Source: Antedon mediterranea (lineage: Eukaryota; Animalia; Echinodermata). Taken from it: DNA of 64,000 nucleotides. Position 1 is the first letter of the stretch. Each line of letters opens with the position of its first letter. The notes beneath the pieces are model-generated. The model ran no database searches and was not told the origin of the DNA. It worked only from the letters and a program-made list of their open reading frames with translations. The stretch lies in assembly GCF_964355755.1 (NCBI RefSeq), contig NC_092676.1, positions 12,262,771 to 12,326,770 on the forward strand. Reading direction: 5' to 3'. Position numbers and translations under genes: made by a program. This document shows, piece by piece, positions 52,901-64,000 of this stretch.

Positions 52901-55759
52901 TATCGTGTTTGAAAACGTTTTAAACCATTTTGAGCATGTCGATAAAACTTTTCACTCAAAAATATCAAAGTGCACAGAATATCTTCAAATCGCATTTAGA
53001 GACGTTTTAGACCATTTTGTGCATTTTGAAAAAATTTGTTAACATAAAAAGACCAAAGTGTTTAGAATATCTCCAAATCGCATTTGGAGACGTTTTAGAC
53101 CATTTTGTGTTTTTCGAAAAAACTTTTCACACAAAAACATCAAAGTGTACAAAATTGCTTCAAATCGCATTTGGAGACGTTTTAGACCATTTTGTGCATT
53201 TTGGTAAAACTTTTCACACAAAAACATCAAAATTCACAAAATAGCTTAATATCGTGTTTGAAAACGTTTTAAACCATTTTGAGCATGTCGATAAAACTTT
53301 TCACTCAAAAATATCAAAGTGCACAGAATATCTTCAAATCGCATTTAGAGACGTTTTAGACCATTTTGTGCATTTCGAAAAAAAATTGTTAACATAAAAA
53401 GACCAAAGTGTTTAGAATATCTCCAAATCGCATTTGGAGACGTTATAGACCATTTTGCGCATTTCGATGAAACTTGGTTGCACAAAAACATCAAAGTGCT
53501 TAAAATCACATTTAAAACCGTTTTAGAGCGTTTTGAGCATTTCGATAAACTTTTCAAACAAAAACATCAAAGTGTACAAAATAGCTTCAAATCGTATTTG
53601 GAGACGTTTTAGACCATTTTGTGCGTTTCGATGAATCTTGGTTACACAAAAACATCAAAGTGCTTAAAATCACATTTAAAACCGTTTTAGTGCATTTTGA
53701 GCATTTCGATAAAACTTTTCACACAAAAACATCAAAGTGCACAAAATAGCTTCAAATCGCATTTAGAGATGTTTTAGACCATTTTGTGCGTTTCGATAAA
53801 ACTTTTCACACAAAAACATCAAATTGCACAAAATAGCTTAATATCGTGTTTGAAAACGTTTTAGACCATTTTGAGCATGTCGATAAAACTTTTCACACAA
53901 AAACATAAAAGTGCACAAAATAGCTTCAAATCGCATTTAGAGATATTTTAGACCATTTTGTGCGTTTCGATAAAACTTTTCACACAAAAACATCAAATTG
54001 CACAAAATAGCTTAATATCGTGTTTGAAAACGTTTTAGACCATTTTGAGCATGTCGATAAAACTTTTCACACAAAAACATAAAAGTGCACAGAATAGCTT
54101 CAAATCGCATTTGGAGACGTTTTAGACCATTTTGTGCATTTCGAAAAAACTTTTTAACATAAAAACACCAAAGTGCTTAGAATAGCTTCAAATCGCATTT
54201 GGAGACGTTTTAGACCATTTTGTGCATTTCGATGAAACTTGGTTACACAAAAACATCAAAGTGCTTAAAATCACATTTGAAACCGTTATAGAGCATTTTT
54301 AGCATTTCGATAAAACTTTTCACACAAAAACATCAAAGTGTACAAAATAGCTTCAAATCACATTTGAAACCGTTTTAGACCATTTTGAGCATTTCGATAA
54401 AACTTTTCACACAAAAACATCAAAGTGTACAGAATAGCTTCAAATCGCATTTGGAGACGTTTTAGACCATTTTGTGCATTTCGATGAAACTTGGTTACAC
54501 AAAAACATCAAAGTGCTTAAAATCACATTTGAAACCGTTTTAGAGCATTTTTAACATTTCGATAATACTTTTCACACAAAAACATCAAAGTGTACAAAAT
54601 AGCTTCAAATCACATTTGAAACCGTTTTAGACCATATTGAGCATTTCGATAAAACTTTTCACACAAAAACATCAAAGTGTACAAAATAGCTTCAAATCGC
54701 ATTTGGAGACGTTTTAGACCATTTTGTGCATTTCGATGAAACTTGGTTACACAAAAACATCAAAGTGCTTAAAATCACATTTGAAAGCGTTTTAGAGCAT
54801 TTTTAGCATTTCGATAATACTTTTCACACAAAAACATCAAAGTGCACAAAATAGCTTCAAATCGCATTTAGAGATGTTTTAGACCATTTTGTGCATTTCG
54901 ATAAAACTTTTCACACAAAAACATCAAATTGCACAAAATAGCTTAATACCGTGTTTGAAATCATTTTAAACCATTTTGAGCATGTCGATAAAACTTTTCA
55001 CACAAAAACATCAAAGTGTTTAGAATATCTCCAAATCGCATTTGGAGACGTTTTAGACCATTTTGTGCATTTCGATGAAACTTGGTTACACAAAAACATC
55101 AAAGTGCTTAAAATCACATTTGAAACCGTTTTAGAGCATTTTGAGCATTTCGATAAAACTTTTCAAACAAAAACATCAAAGTGTACAAAATAGCTTCAAA
55201 TCACATTTGAAACCGTTTTAGACCATTTTGAGCATTTCGATAAAACTTTTCACACAAAAACATCAAAGTGTACAAAATAGCTTCAAATCGCATTTGGAGA
55301 CGTTTTAGACCATTTTGTGCATTTCGATGAAACTTGGTTACACAAAAACATCAAAGTGCTTAAAATCACATTTGAAACCGTTTTAGAGCATTTTTAGCAT
55401 TTCGATAATACTTTTCACACAAAACATCAAAGTGTACAAAATAGCTTCAAATCGCATTTGGAGACGTTTTAGACCATTTTGTGCATTTCGATGAAACTTG
55501 GTTACACAAAAACATCAAAGTGCTTAAAATCACATTTGAAACCGTTTTAGACCATTTTGAGCATTTCGATAAAACTTTTCACACAAAAAAATCAAAGTGC
55601 ACAAAATAGCTTCAAATCGCATTTGGGGACGTTTTAGACTATTTTGTGCATTTCGAAAAAAATTGTTAACATAAAAAGACCAAAGTGTTTAGAATATCTC
55701 CAAATCGCATTTGGAGACGTTTTAAACCATTTTGTGCATTTCGATGGAACTTGGTTACA

Positions 55760-57080
55760 CAAAAACATCAAAGTGCTTAAAATCACATTTAAAACCGTTT
55801 TAGAGCATTTTTAGCATTTCGATAAAACTTTTCACACAAAAACATCAAAGTGTACAAAATAGCTTCAAATCGCATTTAGAGAGGTTTTAGACAATTTTGT
55901 GCATTTCGATAAAACTTTTCACACAAAAACATCAAAGTGTACAAAATAGCTTCAAATTGCATTTAGAGACGTTTTAGACCATTTTGTGCATTTCGATAAA
56001 ACTTTTCACACAAAAACATCAAATTGCACAAAATCGTTTTAAACCATTTTAAATCGTTTTAAACCATTTTGAGCATGTCGATAAAACTTTTCACAAAAAA
56101 CATCAAAGTGCACAGAATAGCTTCAAATTGCATTTGGAGACGTTTTAGAGCATTTTGTGCATTTCGATAAAATGTGTTAACATAAAAAGACCAAAGTGTT
56201 TAGAATATCTTCAAATCACATTTGGAGACGTTTTAGACCATTTTTTGCATTTCGATGAAACTTGGTTACACAAAAACATCAAAGTGCTTAAAATCACATT
56301 TGAAACCGTTTTAGAGCATTTTGAGCATTTCGATAAAACTTTTCACACAAAAACATCAAAGTGTACAAAATAGCTTCAAATCGCATTTAGAGACGTTTTA
56401 GACCATTTTTTGCATTTCGATGAAACTTGGTTACACAAAAACATCAAAGTGCTTAAAATCACATTTAAAACCGTTTTAGAGCATTTTTAGCATTTCGATA
56501 AAACTTTTCACACAAAAACATCAAAGTGTACAAAATAGCTTCAAATCGCATTTAGAGAGGTTTTAGACAATTTTGTGCATTTCGATAAAACTTTTCACAC
56601 AAAAACATCAAAGTGTACAAAATAGCTTCAAATTGCATTTAGAGACGTTTTAGACCATTTTGTGCATTTCGATAAAACTTTTCACACAAAAACATCAAAT
56701 TGCACAAAATCGTTTTAAACCATTTTAAATCGTTTTAAACCATTTTGAGCATTTCGATAAAACTTTTCACAAAAAACATCAAAGTGCACAGAATAGCTTC
56801 AAATTGCATTTGGAGACGTTTTAGAGCATTTTGTGCATTTCGATAAAATGTGTTAACATAAAAAGACCAAAGTGTTTAGAATATCTTCAAATCACATTTG
56901 GAGACGTTTTAGACCATTTTTTGCATTTCGATGAAACTTGGTTACACAAAAACATCAAAGTGCTTAAAATCACATTTGAAACCGTTTTAGAGCATTTTGA
57001 GCATTTCGATAAAACTTTTCACACAAAAACATCAAAGTGTACAAAATAGCTTCAAATCGCATTTAGAGACGTTTTAGACC
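55760..57080. repeat. 676-bp tandem duplication marked by a 20-bp microduplication
   Basis: AAATCGTTTTAAACCATTTT x2 at 56031 and 56707. Markers at 56155/56831. Confidence 0.8.
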
Positions 57081-60000
57081 ATTTTGTGCATTTCGAAAAA
57101 ATTTGTTAACATAAAAAGACCAAAGTGTTTAGAATATCTCCAAATCGCATTTGGAGACGTTTTAGACCATTTTGTGCATTTCGATGAAACTTGGTTACAC
57201 AAAAACATCAAAGTGCTTAAAATCACATTTGAAACCGTTTTAGAGCATTTTTAGCATTTCGATAATACTTTTCACACAAGAACATCAAAGTGTACAAAAT
57301 AGCTTCAAATCGCATTTGGAGACGTTTTAGACCATTTTGTGCATTTCGATGAAACTTGGTTACACAAAAACATCAAGGTGCTTAAAATCACATTTGAAAC
57401 CGTTTTAGACCATTTTGAGCATTTCGATAAAACTTTTCACACAAAAAAATCAAAGTGCACAAAATAGCTTCAAATCGCATTTGGAGACGTTTTAGACTAT
57501 TTTGTGCATTTTGAAAAAATTTGTTAACATAAAAAGACCAAAGTGTTTAGAATATCTCCAAATCGCATTTGGAGACGTTTTAAACCATTTTGTGCATTTC
57601 GATGGAACTTGGTTACACAAAAACATCAAAGTGCTTAAAATCACATTTAAAACCGTTTTAGAGCATTTTGAGCATTTCGATAAAACTTTTCACACAAAAA
57701 CATCAAAGTGTACAAAATAGCTTCAAATCGCATTTAGAGAGGTTTTAGACCATTTTGTGCATTTCGATAAAACTTTACACACAAAAACATCAAAGTGTAC
57801 AAAATAGCTTCAAATCGCATTTAGAGAGGTTTTAGACCATTTTGTGCATTTCGATAAAACTTTTCACACAAAAACATCAAATTGCACAAAATAGCTTAAT
57901 ATCGTGTTTGAAAACGTTTTAAACCATTTTGAGCATGTCGATAAAACTTTTCACACAAAAATATCAAAGCGCACAGAATATCTTCAAATCGCATTTAGAG
58001 ACGTTTTAGACCATTTTGTGCATTTCGAAAAAATTTGTTAACATAAAATGACCAAAGTGTTTAGAATATCTCCAAATCGCATTTGGAGACGTTTTAGACC
58101 ATTTTGTGCATTTCGATGAAACTTGATTACACAAAAACATCAAAGTGCTTAAAATCACATTTAAAACCGTTTTAGAGCGTTTTGAGCATTTCGATAAACT
58201 TTTCACACAAAAACATCAAAGTGCACAAAATAGCTTCAAATCGCATTTAGAGATGTTTTAGACCATTTTGTGCATTTCGATAAAACTTTTCACACAAAAA
58301 CATCAAATTGCACAAAAAAGCTTAATACCGTGTTTGAAATCGTTTTAAACCAATTTCAGCATGTCGAAAAAACTTTTCACACAAAAACATCAAAGTGCAC
58401 AGAATATCTTCAAATCGCATTTAGAGACGTTTTAGACCATTTTGTGCATTTCGAAAAAATTTGTTAACATAAAAAGACCAAAGTGTTTAGAATATCTCCA
58501 AATCGCATTTGGAGACGTTTTAGACCATTTTGTGCATTTCGATGAAACTTGGTTACACAAAAACATCAAAGTGCTTAAAATCACATTTGAAACCGTTTTA
58601 GAGCATTTTGAGCATTTCGATAAAACTTTTCACACAAAAACATCAAAGTGTACAAAATAGCTTCAAATCACATTTGAAACCGTTTTAGACCATTTTGAGT
58701 ATTTCGATAAAACTTTTCACACAAAAACATCAAAGTGTACAAAATAGCTTCAAATCGCATTTGGAGACGTTTTAGACCATTTTGTGCATTTCGATGAAAC
58801 TTGGTTACACAAAAACATCAAAGTGCTTAAAATCACATTTGAAACCGTTTTAGAGCATTTTTAGCATTTCGATAATACTTTTCACACAAAAACATCAAGG
58901 TGTACAAAATAGCTTCAAATCGCATTTGGAGACGTTTTAGACCATTTTGTGCATTTCGATGAAACTTGGTTACACAAAAACATCAAAGTGCTTAAAATCA
59001 CATTTGAAATCGTTTTAGACCATTTTGAGCATTTCGATAAAACTTTTCACACAAAAAAATCAAAGTGCACAAAATACCTTCAAATCGCATTTGGAGACGT
59101 TTTAGACTATTTTGTGCATTTCGAAAAAATTTGTTAACATAAAAAGACCAAAGTGTTTAGAATATCTCCAAATCGCATTTGGAGACGTTTTAAATCATTT
59201 TGTGCATTTCGATGGAACTTGGTTACACAAAAACATCAAAGTGCTTAAAATCACATTTAAAACCGTTTTAGAGCATTTTGAGCATTTCGATAAAACTTTT
59301 CACACAAAAACATCAAAGTGTACAAAATAGCTTCAAATCGCATTTAGAGAGGTTTTAGACCATTTTGTGCATTTCGATAAAACTTTACACACAAAAACAT
59401 CAAAGTGTACAAAATAGCTTCAAATCGCATTTAGAGACGTTTTAGACCATTTTGTGCATTTCGATAAAACTTTTCACACAAAAACATCAAATTGCACAAA
59501 ATAGCTTAATATCGTGTTTGAAAACGTTTTAAACCATTTTGAGCATGTCGATAAAACTTTTCACACAAAAATATCAAAGTGCACAGAATATCTTCAAATC
59601 GCATTTAGAGACGTTTTAGACCATTTTGTGCATTTCGAAAAAATTTGTTAACATAAAAAGACCAAAGTGTTTAGAATATCTCCAAATCGCATTTGGAGAC
59701 GTTTTAGACCATTTTGTGCATTTCGATGAAACTTGGTTACATAAAAACATCAAAGTGCTTAAAATCACATTTAAAACCGTTTTAGAGCGTTTTGAGCATT
59801 TCGATAAACTTTTCACACAAAAACATCAAAGTGCACAAAATAGCTTCAAATCGCATTTAGAGATGTTTTAGACCATTTTGTGCATTTCGAAAAAACTTTT
59901 CACACAAAAACATCAAATTGCACACAATAGCTTAATACCGTGTGTGAAATCGTTTTAAACCATTTTGAGCATGTCGATAAAACTTTTCACACAAAAACAT

Positions 60001-63000
60001 CAAAGTGCACAGAATATCTTCAAATCGCATATAGAGACGTTTTAGACCATTTTGTGCATTTCGAAAAAATTTGTTAACATTAAAAGACCAATGTGTTTAG
60101 AATATCTCCAAATCGCATTTGGAGACGTTTTAGACCATTTTGTGCATTTCGATGAAACTTGGTTACACAAAAACATCAAAGTGCTTAAAATCACATTTGA
60201 AACCGTTTTAGAGCATTTTGAGCATTTCGATAAAACTTTTCACACAAAAACATCAAAGTGTACAAAATAGCTTCAAATCACATTTGAAACCGTTTTAGAC
60301 CATTTTGAGCATTTCGATAAAACTTTTCACACAAAAACATCAAAGTGTACAAAATGGCTTCAAATCGCATTTGGAGACGTTTTAGAGCATTTTGAGCATT
60401 TCGATAAAACTTTTCACACAAAAACATCAAAGTGTACAAAATAACTTCAAATCGCATTTAGAGACGTTTTAGACCATTTTGTGCATTTTGATAAAACTTT
60501 TCACACAAAAACATCAAATTGCACAAAATAGCTTAATATCGTGTTTGAAAACGTTTTAAACCATTTTGAGCATGTCGATAAAACTTTTCACATAAAAATA
60601 TCAAAGTGCACAGAATAGCTTCAAATCGCATTTGGAGACGTTTTAGACCATTTTGTGCATTTTGATAAAACTTTTCACACAAAAACATCAAATTGCACAA
60701 AATAGCTTAATATCGTGTTTGAAAACGTTTTAAACCATTTTGAGCATGTCGATAAAACTTTTCACTCAAAAATATCAAAGTGCACAGAATATCTTCAAAT
60801 CGCATTTAGAGACGTTTTAGACCATTTTGTGCATTTCGAAAAAATTTGTTAACATAAAAAGACCAAAGTGTTTAGAATATCTCCAAATCGCATTTGGAGA
60901 CGTTTTAAACCATTTTGTGCATTTCGATGGAACTTGGTTACACAAAAACATCAAAGTGCTTAAAATCACATTTAAAACCGTTTTAGAGCATTTTGAGCAT
61001 TTCGATAAAACTTTTCACACAAAAACATCAAAGTGTACAAAATAGCTTCAAATCGCATTTAGAGAGGTTTTAGACCATTTTGTGCATTTCGATAAAACTT
61101 TACACACAAAAACATCAAAGTGTACAAAATAGCTTCAAATCGCATTTAGAGACGTTTTAGACCATTTTGTGCATTTCGATAAAACTTTTCACACAAAAAC
61201 ATCAAATTGCACAAAATAGCTTAATATCGTGTTTAAAACCGTTTTTACCATTTTGAGCATTTCGATAAACTTTTCACACAAAAACATCAAAGTGCACAAA
61301 ATAGCTTCAAATCGCATTTAGAGATGTTTTAGAACATTTTGTGCATTTCGATAAAATTTTTCACACAAAAACATCAAATTGCACAAAAAACCTTAATACC
61401 GTGTTTGAAATCGTTTTAAACCAATTTGAGCATGTCGATAAAACTTTTCACACAAAAACATCAAAGTGCACAGAATATCTTCAAATCGCATTTAGAGACG
61501 TTTTAGACCATTTTGGGCATTTCGATGAAACTTGGTTACACAAATACATAAAAGTGCTTAAAATCACATTTAAAACCGTTTTAGAGCATTTTGAGCATTT
61601 CGATAAAACTTTTCACACAAAAACATCAAAGTGTACAAAATAGCTTCAAATCGCATTTAGAGAGGTTTTAGACCATTTTGTGCATTTCGATAAAACTTTT
61701 CACACAAAAACATCAAAGTGTACAAAATAACTTCAAATCGTATTTTGAGACGTTTTAGACCATTTTGTGCATTTTGATAAAACTTTTCACACAAAAACAT
61801 CAAATTGCACAAAATAGCTTAATATCGTGTTTGAAAACGTTTTAAACCATTTTGAGCATGTCGATAAAACTTTTCACACAAAAACATCAAATTGCACAAA
61901 ATAGCTTAATATCGTGTTTGAAAACGTTTTAAACCATTTTGAGCATGTCGATAAAACTTTTCACACAAAAATATCAAAGTGCACAGAATATCTTCAAATC
62001 GCATTTAGAGACGTTTTAGACCATTTTGTGCATTTCGAAAAAATTTGTTAACATAAAAAGACCAAAGTGTTTAGAATATCTCCAAATCGCATTTGGAGAC
62101 GTTTTAGACCATTTTGTGTTTTTCGAAAAAACTTTTCACACAAAAACATCAAAGTGTACAAAATTGCTTCAAATCGCATTTGGAGACGTTTTAGACCATT
62201 TTGTGATTTTCGAAAAACTTTTCACACAAAAACATCAAAGTGTAGAAAATTGCTTCAAATCGCATTTAGAGACGTTTTAGACCATTTTGTGCATTTCGAA
62301 AAAATTTGTTAACATAAAAAGACCAAAGTGTTTAGAATATTTCCAAATCGCATTTGGAGACGTTTTAGACCATTTTGTGCATTTCGATGAAACTTGGTTA
62401 CACAAAAACATCAAAGTGCTTAAAATCACATTTAAAACCGTTTTAGAGCGTTTTGAGCATTTCGATAAACTTTTCACACAAAAAAATCAAAGTGCACAAA
62501 ATAGCATTTAGAGATGTTTTAGACCATTTTGTGCATTTCGATAAAACTTTTCACACAAAAACATCAAATTGCACAAAAAAGCTTAATACCGTGTTTGAAA
62601 TCGTTTTAAACCAATTTGAGCATGTCGATAAAACTTTTCACACAAAAACATCAAAGTGCACAGAATATCTTCAAATCGCATTTAGAGACGTTTTAGACCA
62701 TTTTGTGCATTTCGAAAAAATTTGTTAACATAAAAAGACCAAAGTGTTTAGAATATCTCCAAATCGCATTTGGAGACGTTTTAAACCATTTTGTGCATTT
62801 CGATGGAACTTGGTTACACAAAAACATCAAAGTGCTTAAAATCACATTTGAAACCGTTTTAGAGCATTTTTAGCATTTCGATAATACTTTTCACACAAAA
62901 ACATCAAAGTGCACAAAATAGCTTCAAATCGCATTTAGAGATGTTTTAGACCATTTTGTGCATTTCGATAAAACTTTTCACACAAAAACATCAAATTGCA

Positions 63001-64000
63001 CAAAATAGCTTAATACCGTGTTTGAAATCATTTTAAACCATTTTGAGCATGTCGATAAAACTTTTCACACAAAAACATCAAAGTTTTTAGAATATCTCCA
63101 AATCGCATTTGGAGACGTTTTAGACCATTTTGTGCATTTCGATGAAACTTGGTTACACAAAAACATCAAAGTGCTTAAAATCACATTTGAAACCGTTTTA
63201 GAGCATTTTGAGCATTTCGATAAAACTTTTCAAACAAAAACATCAAAGTGTACAAAATAGCTTCAAATCACATTTGAAACCGTTTTAGACCATTTTGAGC
63301 ATTTCGATAAAACTTTTCACACAAAAACATCAAAGTGTACAAAATAGCTTCAAATCGCATTTGGAGACGTTTTAGACCATTTTGTGCATTTCGATAAAAC
63401 TTTTCACACAAAAACATCAAATTGCACAAAATAGCTTAATATCGTGTTTAAAACCGTTTTTACCATTTTGAGCATTTCGATAAACTTTTCACACAAAAAC
63501 ATCAAAGTGCTTAAAATCACATTTGAAAGCGTTTTAGAGCATTTTTAGCATTTCGATAATACTTTTCACACAAAAACATCAAAGTGTACAGAATAGCTTC
63601 AAATCGCATTTGGAGACGTTTTAGACCATTTTGTGCATTTCGATGAAACTTGGTTACACAAAAACATCAAAGTGCTTAAAATCACATTTGAAACCGTTTT
63701 AGAGCATTTTTAACATTTCGATAATACTTTTCACACAAAAACATCAAAGTGTACAAAATAGCTTCAAATCGCATTTGGAGACGTTTTAGACCATTTTGTG
63801 CATTTCGATGAAACCTTGTTACACAAAAACATCAAAGTGCTTAAAATCACATTTGAAAGCGTTTTAGAGCATTTTTAGCATTTCGATAATACTTTTCACA
63901 CAAAAACATCAAAGTGCACAAAATAGCTTCAAATCGCATTTAGAGATGTTTTAGACCATTTTGTGCATTTCGATAAAACTTTTCACACAAAAACATCAAA

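Larger units (their letters stand above)
15002..64000. repeat. Tandem satellite array, right arm (same family and orientation as the left arm)
   Basis: Resumes at ACAAAAACATCAAAGTGCTTAAAATC (15002) and runs uninterrupted to the window end. Confidence 0.98.

Noticed and set aside
3069-63260. More than 100 short ORFs with repeated peptides (MCISKKFVNIKRPK..., MHFDKTFHTKTSK...)
   Set aside because: These are translations of the satellite. 87 and 78 are multiples of 3, so frames stay open by chance. Starts are mostly TTG/GTG, stops and frameshifts are frequent, and no domain is recognisable.
1-64000. CRISPR-like repeat/spacer array
   Set aside because: Variable parts are homologous variants of one monomer rather than unique spacers. 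There are no cas genes and the context is eukaryotic.

Overview
This window is eukaryotic (probably animal) heterochromatic or centromere-like DNA, not a gene region. About 57 kb is one AT-rich tandem satellite with 87/88-bp and 78-bp monomer classes. It carries nested recent duplications (about 0.6-1.9 kb, 4.9 kb offset, and one 12.2-kb near-identical tandem duplication) and four copies of a perfect spacer-less 198-bp palindrome. The array is interrupted once, at about 8287-15001, by an apparently full-length minus-strand non-LTR retrotransposon of the L1/Tx1 group. Its ORF1 is intact with two CCHC knuckles. Its ORF2 (APE endonuclease, RT, C-terminal Zn finger) is broken by one homopolymer frameshift and one nonsense codon. 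The element is poly(A)-tailed, inserted at TTTT/G and removed about 25 bp of target instead of making a TSD. Its 1.5-kb 3' UTR is internally repeated and carries a recurring 5-bp-stem/5-nt-loop hairpin with compensatory base changes. All short ORFs in the satellite are spurious. Coordinates were read by eye and block boundaries are approximate.
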